From Veleropilina oligotropha (taxonomy: Eukaryota), in the NCBI GenBank assembly GCA_048128005.1, contig JBEUKZ010000054.1, forward strand, positions 124,001-188,000: a DNA stretch of 64,000 nucleotides. Reading direction: 5' to 3'. Within the stretch, counting starts at the first letter, position 1, and each line of letters starts with the position of its first letter. A program made the position numbers and the translations under genes. The notes beneath the pieces were generated by a model, which ran no database searches, was not told where the DNA came from, and saw nothing but the letters and a program-made list of their open reading frames with translations. Of this stretch, positions 40,628-50,477 are shown piece by piece.

Positions 40628-41932
40628 ATGGCCAGCCTATACGGACGCACGCTTGATCCATACCGCAGACAGCGAGAGCCTCTTGGGGTCAAGGGTATCC
40701 GCCAATCTGTGACCATAACAAACAATCCATCCACGATTGCCGCCAACCAGCAGCTGCTGGTGCGGTTCCCGAATCTCGGGGCTCACGACGTTATCGTGCC
40801 AGGGACTGCCCACCTCGCATTCACCATTTCTCTGACCTCGGCTAATCCGAACAGGACCGTAGTTCACAACATCGGACGGGCCGTGGTGAAAAAGACCACG
40901 ATAAAGATCAGTGGGAACAAGATCTTATCGATTGACGACTCCGACGTGTATCACTGCTACTGTGACCTCTGGAAGACGTCCTCAGAACGCAGTAGCGCCC
41001 ACTACCAGGGTATTGATACCAGCGACGGCCACAACACTACGAAAAATCGTGTCGGCGCTGAGGGCGCCTTCAGACGTTCTGAGGACACTGCCATCTCGGA
41101 CGCTTACGGTCCGAGGTTCCGCATCCCGCTGGATTTCGAGCTCTTGGAAAGTCATATGCCGTTCTATCAAAGTGCCCTTGGAGACCGTCTTGAGTACGAA
41201 CTCACGTTCAATGATCACTCAAGGACGATCAGGGACACCGATGACCCCAGTTCCAGCTACAGCATCGACAACATTAGCCTGGAGTATGACATGGTCACCC
41301 AGGTAGATCTGGCAAGGCTGATTCGTAACCAGTACTCGGGCCGTATCGCCATCCTCTACGACCGTGTGCTCCGGTATCGTAAGCTCACCAGGGACAAGAG
41401 CGACACGCTGTGGAATCTGAATGTGAACGTTCCGGCGAGGTCCATGAAGGGGATCTTACTTCTGTTTGAGGATCCCGCGAGAGACGCCGCACCATTTGCC
41501 AGGGACACTGAGGCCTTCTACAACCCGAAAATTACCAGTGTGGAGATCACCATTGAGGGCGTGCCGAATCAAATCTTCAGCGCTGGCATGCGTTCCCACC
41601 AGATGTGGGACGAAGCCAGGAAGCTGTTCGCCTCCAACCCGATCAGCAAGAGGCATCCTGAGGGGGCGTTGGTTGCCAAATCCTTGGCTTTGGCAGACGT
41701 GACCCTGGGCCAGTTCTTAACGAAGAAGTTTGCCTTATGGATCGACCTGCGGGTCACCGACGACGATCAGCTGCACGGATCAGGCCGGAAGGTAGATAAC
41801 GGCAGCGAGGGCATTACAATCCAGATCACGAAGACCGGCGAGGCAGCCGGCCCGTTGAACGTTTATCAGTACGTCGTCATGGACGCGCAGCGGAACATCG
41901 AGAATGGCCGATTTGTCACAGCGCTGTACTAG
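40628..41932 (+). CDS. Major capsid protein (double jelly-roll), intact, ~434 aa
   Basis: Beta-rich pattern (QQLLVRFP, LAFTISL, FRIPLD, LEYELTFN, ISLEYDMV, VEITIEG.PN, ALWIDLR, ITIQI, LNVY), a fitting size, and a position next to the packaging ATPase. Likely start is caccATGG at 40628. Confidence 0.82.
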   Translation: MASLYGRTLDPYRRQREPLGVKGIRQSVTITNNPSTIAANQQLLVRFPNLGAHDVIVPGTAHLAFTISLTSANPNRTVVHNIGRAVVKKTTIKISGNKILSIDDSDVYHCYCDLWKTSSERSSAHYQGIDTSDGHNTTKNRVGAEGAFRRSEDTAISDAYGPRFRIPLDFELLESHMPFYQSALGDRLEYELTFNDHSRTIRDTDDPSSSYSIDNISLEYDMVTQVDLARLIRNQYSGRIAILYDRVLRYRKLTRDKSDTLWNLNVNVPARSMKGILLLFEDPARDAAPFARDTEAFYNPKITSVEITIEGVPNQIFSAGMRSHQMWDEARKLFASNPISKRHPEGALVAKSLALADVTLGQFLTKKFALWIDLRVTDDDQLHGSGRKVDNGSEGITIQITKTGEAAGPLNVYQYVVMDAQRNIENGRFVTALY

Positions 41933-42537
41933 ACGGTTTCCGCACCCCAAAGACCCCCACTCCGCGATCATCTGCGGCCAGACCGGCTGCGGGAAGACCT
42001 TGTTTATACTTGAACTGCTGAAAGGGGTCTATCGAGGGGTGTTCAGGCATATTGTGATCCTCTGCCCCACGATCAAGTTCAACAAGGCATACCAGTCCTG
42101 TCCGTGGATCTGGACTGACCCGGAGGTGTACATAATCCCCCCTGGTGAGCGACTCCATGACTGGTTGCGGGGGTTCTACCGGCTTTTCCAGGGGGAGTCG
42201 ACTCTGTACATAATCGACGACTGCGCCGCCAGCAAAGCCCTCGCCAAAAAAACGGGACATGTTGACTGAGCTGGCTTTTAGTGGAAGGCACGCCGCCCAG
42301 AGCGTATGGGTGGTGACGCAGAAGTACAACTCAGTCCTGAAGGAGTTTCGGGAGCAGACCCGCTTTGTCGCGCTGTTTCATTGCAAGGACCGCGACAGCT
42401 TCGAAGACTGTCTTCGCGAGAACGATGTCATAGGGTCGCAAGATGAACGAACCGCGGTGCGCCGGCTGTTGGCCGAGACCAAACACGCCAAGCTGCTGTT
42501 AAAGACCGATCAGCCCGTTGCTTATAGTGTGCAGTAG
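41904..42537 (+). pseudogene. A32/FtsK-HerA-type packaging ATPase, +1 frameshift in the A7 run at 42246-42252
   Basis: Walker A GQTGCGKT, Walker B YIIDD, then SGRH..SVWVVTQ and REQ. Removing one A gives ALAKKRDMLTELAFSGRH. Confidence 0.9.
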
Positions 42538-42578
42538 CATCTGCCTAGCATCTACAGCATCTACGTAGCTAGCTAGGC

Positions 42579-43368
42579 ATGTCTGACGCTGTATACATAG
42601 CTTTTGCTTGCAGCCAAAGCCTGACGTTGCTGTTACTCGTGGGGGGGGGGGGGGTACTGGCTGTACTGTTATATTAGACCGCTCCGAAGATGTTGGCAAC
42701 GACTCAGTATGGACAGTCTTATCGATCAACTCCTAGATGACGAGGAAGAAACGACCGTGGGCGGTCTGCGTCCCACTGGCTCGACGACCGAACGCTGCTC
42801 GCAGCACGAGGAACCTGTCAGTGGCTCCATAGGGATGACAAAGAAGCGGGAGAGGCTTGCCGCGTTAGCGATTGGAGGGCAGGCATGCAAATACTTGGGG
42901 AGCAACCTCACAGTTGACCGAATCGACGCTATGACCGACGAAGAGATTGACAAGCACCATGCTCGGTACGAAGCGAGGTTAGGTGCGGAGATGACGAAGA
43001 CTCTGGGGACTGCCGCTATACAGCTTTATGCGGGTGCAGCTGGGATGTTCTTGCCCATTCCACCGGAGAACCAACCACGTCTGGTCGCTGACCTCGAGGC
43101 CGACCCTTTCATCTCACATGCGCTCCGCGGTGCAAGCTGTGAGCTGTATTATAAGTATGGGATGTTTCTTACCCCGCTGACAGCCACGCTGACCACGGCT
43201 AAGCACTGCCGATTTGGACACGTCTGCCCGCCTAAGATACCAGAGCGAGGGCGAGATCAAGATGACAACGCTGGAAGTGGACAAAATTTCGGCACCGAGC
43301 CCGCCGATAGAGAGGGTGACCCAGCCGATAGAGAGGGTGACTTCTTCGACAGACTCATCAGTGAGTAA
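42579..43368 (+). pseudogene. Uncharacterised viral protein with a probable N-terminal TM segment; frameshift in the G14 run at 42641-42654
   Basis: MSDAVYIAFACSQSLTLLLLVG(n)YWLYCYIRPLRRCWQRLS joins ORF 42709-43368 if one G is removed. Confidence 0.6.
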
Positions 43369-43693
43369 AAAGGACCCTAAGAAGGTGGCTGCGGGTCGGG
43401 CCGGAGCTGCTGCTCGGAAAGCCAAACAGTAGAGGCTACTTGCCGATGTTAGAAAACTTAAGGACGACATCCGACAAGTATCCGTCAGCGAAGTTCCTTC
43501 AGAACTGCCGGAGGCGCCACACAGTACCTCAGCCGAGGTGACCGCGGTCGAAAAGGACGTTCGCGCCGTACAGTCAGCTACACGGAAATCGGACCCATTT
43601 AATTGGACCCATGGATATGCTGATCAAGCAAGGCATCATTCCAGCCGACATATTGAAGTAGAGACCCAGCACCGCATACAATGGCCTCAATAG
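43262..43693 (+). pseudogene. Basic protein, possibly a DNA-binding core protein; in-frame TAG at 43430-43432
   Basis: KKDPKKVAAGRAGAAARKAKQ*RLLADVRKLKDD; the frame continues after the stop. Confidence 0.5.
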
Positions 43694-44109
43694 CGATGGT
43701 GGTTGGGGGCGCTCTCGTCAACGCCCTCGCCTTCAGAGGATCCAACTTCCTCTTCTCGAAGTTACGCAGCTCCGGTGTCGACGAGGAGCGTAAACGTCAC
43801 GACAAAGCCGTAGAGCACCTTCAGGCCGCTCAGACTAAATGGTCCCAACAGAGGGCAGAGCGTCTCGATTGGCTTAACGTTGAACTTCGCCACCAGGGTC
43901 ACGCCGTTGGCACATTCCGGGATGTTGACGCCGTGATCCGTGAGTATGCCTTGATCACCGGCAAGAACCTTGACCCCGCCCTGGGGGGTGGCCCTGAGCC
44001 CGCCCTGTCTGACTACTACACGCCGAGCGAAGACCAGAAGGGACGTGAGATCACCTTCGTCATTCTTGGGATGGCTGCCACCGGGTTGGTAGCCTACAAG
44101 CTCGCCTAA
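43681..44109 (+). CDS. Small viral protein with hydrophobic N- and C-termini flanking a coiled coil
   Basis: MASIAMVVGGALVNALAF...EERKRHDKAVEHLQAAQ...ITFVILGMAATGLVAYKLA. Confidence 0.7.
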   Translation: MASIAMVVGGALVNALAFRGSNFLFSKLRSSGVDEERKRHDKAVEHLQAAQTKWSQQRAERLDWLNVELRHQGHAVGTFRDVDAVIREYALITGKNLDPALGGGPEPALSDYYTPSEDQKGREITFVILGMAATGLVAYKLA

Positions 44110-44363
44110 TTATTTCCATGTTTGGACATTTTTTTCGTGTGCGTATAGGATGGGGCTCCCAGAAGAGCTGTACTGCGCCATGCAAGAGGTGGGCCTTGGT
44201 ACTACGTCACTCGACTGTTGGCGGCGCAACGAAAAGACTATGGTGCGGTTCGCGGTCCTGGTGCTCTCGGGCCCGACCAACCTACGGGCGACGACTGGGC
44301 AGCTTCCGGAGGCGGCAGCTGAAGCCTGTTGGAGACTGATCAGTTTACTGGAATACATTTCTG

Positions 44364-45362
44364 ATGGATAGTAAGCTTGCGAGGATATACTACAGCCCTA
44401 AGGGCTACTGGAAAGGAATTGCAGCCATCAAGAAACTAGCTGAGGCTGCCAAGGCGTCTGAAATGGAGGCCCGGACATGGCTTAAGAGGCAGGCTATATG
44501 GCAGATCAACCTTCCCACCCCTCGCCACATCCCACGACCACGGTTTGACGTCGTAACGCCGAACGAGGTTCACCAAGCCGACCTCCTGTTTCTCCCCCAC
44601 GACAAGGTCAGACGCAAGACCTATAAGTACGCTTTGACTGTGGTTGATGTGGCCAGTCGCTTTAAAGAAGCGGAGCCATTGGCCACAAAAGAGGTCAAAG
44701 GGGTGGCTGAAGTTCTGTCTCGAATCTACAGGCGGAGTCCTCTTAGCTGGCCGAAATTGCTTCAGGTTGATCCAGGGCGAGAGTTCATGGGGACGGTGTC
44801 TCAAATACTGGCAAAGAATAATGTCGAGGTTAGGCGTGGCCGTGTGGATCTCCATCGCGATCAAGGGATCGTGGAGCGCTTCAACCGGACGCTCGCTGAG
44901 CGGCTCTTCGGGCACCAGTATGCAGAAGAGATGCGTTTCGCAGGGACTGCAAAAGAGGGTCAAAGGTCGACTGAGTGGGTGGCCAGGCTGCCCGCCGTTG
45001 TTGCGGCCTTGAATGGGGAAGTGACCCGCCTCACCGGTAAAAAGCCCGAGGATGCCATTAAGGCACCTCGCATTGCCCAAAAGCCCTCTTCCACTGTTCC
45101 AGACCGACAGGGGAAGGAACAGAAACTCCCCTCTGACGTAGATGTTCGATACCTATACCAACCCTGTGAGTTGGAGGGTGGTCGCCGGCGAGCGACTGAC
45201 CCGGTGTGGTCTTTGACGGTTCACAGGCTTGGACGCTCTATCACTAAACCTGACGAGCCTGTGCTCTACTACTTGCTTGATGGACCACCGCGTGGGTTTG
45301 TTCGTGAGGAACTGCTCGTGGTGCCCCATAACACCCAGCTGCCGCCGGTTCTCAGGCGTTAG
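44364..45362 (+). CDS. Retroviral-type DDE (rve) integrase, intact, 332 aa
   Basis: HQADLL, VVDVASRF, LQVDPGREF, QGIVERFNRTL; no recognisable chromodomain. Confidence 0.93.
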   Translation: MDSKLARIYYSPKGYWKGIAAIKKLAEAAKASEMEARTWLKRQAIWQINLPTPRHIPRPRFDVVTPNEVHQADLLFLPHDKVRRKTYKYALTVVDVASRFKEAEPLATKEVKGVAEVLSRIYRRSPLSWPKLLQVDPGREFMGTVSQILAKNNVEVRRGRVDLHRDQGIVERFNRTLAERLFGHQYAEEMRFAGTAKEGQRSTEWVARLPAVVAALNGEVTRLTGKKPEDAIKAPRIAQKPSSTVPDRQGKEQKLPSDVDVRYLYQPCELEGGRRRATDPVWSLTVHRLGRSITKPDEPVLYYLLDGPPRGFVREELLVVPHNTQLPPVLRR

Positions 45363-48300
45363 CAGCAGCAGCCCCTCGTTTTCGGTTACATTCCAGACAC
45401 GTTAAGCGCACGTTGTCGCGGATGTGGCCCCTGCTGTTGTCCACACGGTCGACACTGAACTGCTGTGTGTCTTTGGGCTGGTAGGCCCAGAGCAGCTCTA
45501 TGTTGCATGCTGCGCATCGGTTGTTTTGGGCTTCTTTGAGCAGCAGGATGTCCTCGACCTTGATGTTAAATCCCTGGAGTCCCTTTGCCTGGTCCTGGCG
45601 CATGTATGCCACGAGCTTCCTCTGGATGGTTTTTCGGAGCTGCTGCTTGCTCTGCTGCGCTTGCGCGTGGGGGAGGCTGTCTTCAGAACCCTCATCCGGA
45701 GGACAGGTTACCCGTTCGAGCTGACGCAGATACTCCACCCGGGACACGGCTAGGTAGGCAAGATTACTCCACTGAAGGTAGTCGTCGATGATCCAGACTT
45801 TCTGTGGGTCGTGAATCGTAAGACCCTGGCTCGAATGGATGGTGAGAGCATAGCCCAGGCGCCAATCCGGGGTCAGGATAGCCTGCTCAGCGGCCTCAAT
45901 CGTGACCTCAACGACGTCGTTGAGAACTAGCTCCTGTCTTTCGTCGGTGCCCGGAATTGTTACTATGATGTTTTGCTTACGGGTGTCCCTGGGGTGGTAA
46001 AGGAGAGGTACCTGGGAGTCTGGGAAGTGCTCCTTGTGCCTCTGGAGCAACAGCTCTTGAGCCCGTTCGCGGACCTTCTGACGGCTTGTGAGGATTAGGT
46101 CGCCTGGAAGCCAGGCTTTAACAAACCGCTCCCATCCAAGGCAGCTGGGGAGAGTCTTACGCATTTCCCGGCACTGGATTTTGTCGGGCTGGAGGCGGAT
46201 ACGTCTTCTCAGGGCTTGGAGGGCAGGGTCGTCTTTCGCCCTGTAGTCTACTTCGATCTCCTCATAGTAGTCCGCGGTCCTTCGCAGCCAATCGTGCGGC
46301 ATCTCCCCCGTAATCGGTGGTGGCTGGCCCTGGTCCCCACAGCAGATAACCTGAACTTCGTGGTGGCCCAGCCAGTCCAAGAACATCTCGAGGATAGGCC
46401 GGGGAACAGTACAGACCTCGTCCCAGATAATGACGCTGGGAATGAACTTCTGACCCATGCGGTCGGGTGTCCAGTCATTCTGACCGCTCCATCAGAAGAA
46501 GCTGTGGTAAGTCTGGGCTTTGACACCCCTGGTCCGCATTTCTTTAGCGAGGCGGTGCGTAGGCGTGAATACAATGGGATTCCTTGCCCGAAATAGTTCG
46601 ATCGCTCTCGTAGTCTTGCCACAGCCCCCTCCACCGTTGAGGTAACTCAGGCGATGGTGGGTCAGCGTGTCACTGTAGCATGGCGCGGTGCTTGGCTGGC
46701 TGGAATTGGCGGCACAACAATACTCTGGCTTGGGCAGGTATGCGGCATGTTCCTGTGGCAGGTACAGCTGTTCGCCCTTGTCACGCCACTGGGCCGGTGC
46801 TACTGGCGGAAGGTACGTCTCCCCGATCAGACAGGAGATGCACGATTTATCGCCACAGTCGCAGAGTTGGGGGGCAACGTAAGCCTTGACATCGTCGAGC
46901 TTCTCCAACGAGGCCTTCTTGAGGTAGATGCTGTCAGTGGCCACGCGTACGGCTTCTGCTGCACTGAAACGCTGGAGCATTGAGAGGAGGTTGATATGGG
47001 CATAGGCCAGCATCGATGCCCTCAGGTGGGTGTACTGTGGCTGCGAGCCATCAGAGTACGTGAGGATGTGCCCCATAGGGCACCTTTGAGGTGCGCCGAC
47101 CAGGGTACCGCTGTGGCGGGTGTCTCTTACCAGGAAGTCCAGTTCTCCCTGGTCAATCACAAGCGCGCCTTCGTGTCAGTCTTTTTCCGTCAGCTTTGGC
47201 GCCTTGGTCGAATTTTCCGATGATGCTGCAGCCCTGGTCACGATTCTCCGGAAGCCAGACATCGGTCTGCTTTCTGAATGCGATGATGGCTTCTCGGATC
47301 TTGAGGCTTTTTAGCAGTCCAGATTCTAGGAGGAAGGCGAGCAGCGGGGTCGGTGCCCATCCATTTTCTGCAAAGTGCTTTCCGAACCAGGCGGGAATGG
47401 CGGGGTGGATTTCTTGTGCAAACTCCCATTCCACGACCTCGGCAAAGCCAGTACCGATTTCTTGGGGAAGAGGACCGTTAATTGCGACCCGAGTCATGCG
47501 GTGGGTTGGGTGTCCGAATCTTTCGAAATATGGCTTAGCCTCGCCCTTCCCCTGAAAGCTGACAGGGTAGCAGGCTTTCATATCGACACAGACGACATCT
47601 CTCGTATCATAGCTCATGGAGTTCCAAAGGCCACCGTGACCATGCTCTATGCAGGCCTTCTGGATGTCATCGAGCAGGCTGGCTGGGGTAGGTTTCCAGC
47701 CGTTGTTCTCTTTGGCCATAATGCTAGCTGCATGGTTTTCCCCAAAGGCTCGATCGGCAAGAGACTCGTTCCCCAGAGCCTTACAGGCTTCCTGAAGAGC
47801 GGTGTGAGTCTCTTTCGTCCTGTAGGTGCGGCCGTCTTGAAGCACGAACTGGTTCACGTTGAGCTGTCGGTCTGTACCGCCAAGGAGCCAGACAGCTAAT
47901 GGCTCATTACGTGTGGCTTGTCGGATAGCTTCCCAGACATCGCCCTCATACAGGTAGACCTCGCGAGACTGCGGAAAGTGCAGCTCTTTGGACCATGCAT
48001 GTCCGTTGTGACAGATGAGTTCTACGTTTCTGAATGTATGGTTTCCTTGACCGCGGTATTTACCAGAGTTGTAGATGTCCGCACCTGCAATGTCTCTCAA
48101 GATAATCGTCCGCTTCAGTATCTTCTCGAGGATGGATATATCATCCACGGTGGCGCCTGTTTCATGGACTCGCTCTTCCCACTCCTGTATTTTCTGCCGC
48201 CTTGTCGGGGTGAGTCCGTTTCCTCTCAGAGCACCTTCAAAGTGCTCAACCACTCTTTGGGCAACGCAGTTGAGGTCGCCGTTCTTCATCGGAACTAGGT

Positions 48301-49303
48301 TGGCGGGGTTTGGTTCTCTGAGAGGGTAGAGGCCGTAGACGACTGCAGTGACCGGATAGGCATTCTCGTAGTAGACCTTGTCGACCCCAGTGATAGCACC
48401 CGGCTTAGTGTCCTGAGAGATCTCAAAGACGCCCTGGCCCTTCTTTCTCGCAGCTTTCACCGGGTCAAACTTGTCTTCGACCACCCAGTCGCGTTCACCC
48501 CACTCACGCAAGAATTTTATTCTCAGGACATACTCGCCTTTTGGAAGGGCTGTGAGGAGCTGTACCGCCCTCGCATCTGTCATACGGGCATCCAGGGCCA
48601 GCCGGCCATCCCTCGCTTCGATACCGTGTGCGATCTTAATGTCCACTTCTACCTTCCATGTGGAGAAGGCCGCCGCGGCGCCATCGACCTCAAACTCGTC
48701 TTTGGCGTCGTTCAAGAGTTCCACCCATGGCTCTTTTGCTGGGAGCCTTACTGGGGGAGGGGCCTGGTCATCCAGGTCGATGAATTGTTGCCCCTCTGGT
48801 GTGGTAAACAGCCCTAGAAGATCCTTCTGGTAGTCCTGGGCTGTCCGGGGCGTTTTGGAGAGGGAATAATATTCATCCGAGGCTAAGTGATCTCTCAGAA
48901 GATCCCGGGGCCCCTTCCGAGCAATAGCACGGGCAAGGGTCTCTATCCGAGACCTAGTCAGACCGTGCAAGTGTGGCTTGACGATTCGATCCGTGATGGC
49001 GCGAAGCGGCTTCTGTCGTATCCCGGGCTTTTTCTCAGCTTGGATTTCGTATTTACGGACCTTGAGGACGACCTCGACCTCGTCCTTAAGCTGCCGCAAT
49101 TCGCGAGCACGACGGCCTCTTTGGTGGGGGTTCTCCACATCTCCACGTATGGAGGGGAACCTTCCCGTTTTCATCGCCCGCTCGAGTCTCCTCCGAAACT
49201 CGGCAGCACGGACCCCGGCGATTGCCCTGATAAGGTCGTTTTTCTTGAGCTTCGACCGAGCGGGAAGCCCGTAATCTTTCGCTAAATTACGCAGTTCATC
49301 CAT
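45352..49303 (-). pseudogene. Replication polyprotein: HeH, putative OTU-like module, derived PolB palm, SF1 helicase, HNH-like domain (one frameshift, one stop)
   Basis: MDELRNLAKDYGL..SKLKKNDLI; DLNC...NGH; HGGLW, VDMKACYP, SIIGKF, VATDSIY; GGGGCGKT, FTPT, TYHSFF, IIWDE, GDQGQPPPI, YALTIHSSQG, YLAVSRV; CAAC...SVDRVDNSRGH..DNV.LTCLECN. Frameshift at ~47165; TGA at 46492-46494. Confidence 0.88.
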
Positions 49304-49339
49304 GTTGCCGGGTGGGTATACGTCATACCGATCACTTCT

Positions 49340-49666
49340 CTAATAGGAACTTTCCGTGTGGTAGATTGCAGCCATGCGGAGAAACTCTCGCAGAAACTCT
49401 CTCTGGAAGGCCCTTTTCTTTCGTTGCCAGTCCCTATCGTTCTCAAGCTTATACCCACAGCCCTGACACAGCGTAAGCCGGTTAAAGACGCCTTTGCCGC
49501 ATTTGATGCAGGGCTTTGTGCCCCGACCATTTCGCCGTAGCCGAGCCAGATGGACTTTGCAATACTCGCTCAGACATCTCTTACCGCATAACTCCGTGGA
49601 GCTGATGGTGAGCCATTGACAGGTGTCATAGCCCTTCATCGTATCCTTTGCATTGGGTATACCCAT
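49340..49666 (-). CDS. Small zinc-finger protein
   Basis: C..C..C..YCKVH followed by CIKC...CQGC. Confidence 0.6.
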   Translation of the reverse strand: MGIPNAKDTMKGYDTCQWLTISSTELCGKRCLSEYCKVHLARLRRNGRGTKPCIKCGKGVFNRLTLCQGCGYKLENDRDWQRKKRAFQREFLREFLRMAAIYHTESSY

Positions 49667-49792
49667 CGCAATGGGTATGTCTAAAAGAGAGCCCGGGCCG
49701 GCGAGGGTTGTGGGCCGTCCCTACAGGCTCTTACTACCAGCACGGTTCAAACGGGCGTGACCAACGGATATCACAGAGGGTCCGCCGACAGT

Positions 49793-50065
49793 CTAGACAG
49801 CTTTGGACGACGGGAATTGTGTTAAAACTCCCTTGTTGCCGTCTTCGGTCTTCTTCCTAAAGACCGCCTGGTCACCGTCGTTGAGTTCGACAATCAAAAC
49901 GTCGTAGCCTGTGTTTAGGAGGTTTCTAACGCGCCTGGAGTTCCCTTCGCCGTGCAGCGTAGGAACGTATTCCAGGTCACCCTCTCTATCGTCTCTATCG
50001 GCTGGTCCGTTTCCAGAGTTGTCATCTTGATCTCGCTCTCGCGGTATCTTGGGGGGCTGCGACAT
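49793..50065 (-). CDS. Hypothetical protein, 90 aa
   Basis: First ORF inside the right TIR; its 5' part duplicates sequence at 43231-43341. Confidence 0.4.
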   Translation of the reverse strand: MSQPPKIPRERDQDDNSGNGPADRDDREGDLEYVPTLHGEGNSRRVRNLLNTGYDVLIVELNDGDQAVFRKKTEDGNKGVLTQFPSSKAV

Positions 50066-50122
50066 GCTGCTTTCAAGTATAACTACACACCGTCTAACAT
50101 AACAGACATTGGCAACTCAAGC

Positions 50123-50326
50123 TTCAGACAGCGCCGTGTACACACGGTGACTTTTATAATACAAGCCCTACCCTGGGTTCTGAAATAGGGCTGGGAGCCT
50201 CCCCGGCGGCCGTGGGCCCCTAGTTTAAACCCCCTAGTCCCCCCCCAGTACTACCCCTCAGTTCTGAACAGGTGCTGGGAGCCTTATTTTTCCATTCTAA
50301 AAAGTCTACTGACCCCCCCTGCTGCT
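50123..50326 (-). repeat. Right TIR of the Polinton-like element
   Basis: Inverted copy of 26711-26923. Confidence 0.95.
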
Positions 50327-50477
50327 ATATGTAATTCGTGATTAATCGTATCAAAGGCTTTTGATAAGTCAATAAATATACCTATTGTGTACTCCCCTTT
50401 GTCAATCGACTGAGAGATATGATCGATTAAATCAACGAGCGCCATTGCTGTGGAATTATTTTCTCTGAAGCCAAATT

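Larger units (their letters stand above)
26711..50326. mobile_element. Endogenous Polinton-like virus with integrase and PolB-SF1 helicase fusion (~15.5 kb without the nested Ginger-like element)
   Basis: TIRs, AGCAGC...GCTGCT termini, ATATG TSD (26706-26710, 50327-50331), and dense intronless GC-rich ORFs including MCP, penton, ATPase and integrase. Confidence 0.95.

Noticed and set aside
42240..42260. Programmed ribosomal frameshift in the ATPase gene
   Set aside because: A one-base homopolymer insertion from decay or sequencing error is simpler, given similar lesions in neighbouring genes.
44436..49285. Many antisense and overlapping ORFs over the integrase and replicase genes
   Set aside because: Shadow ORFs expected in GC-rich coding DNA; no motifs.
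26711..50326. Bacterial prophage or contaminant interpretation of the GC-rich block
   Set aside because: TIRs, a TSD within a host LINE, nested eukaryotic transposons and a Polinton-type gene set show a real eukaryotic insertion.
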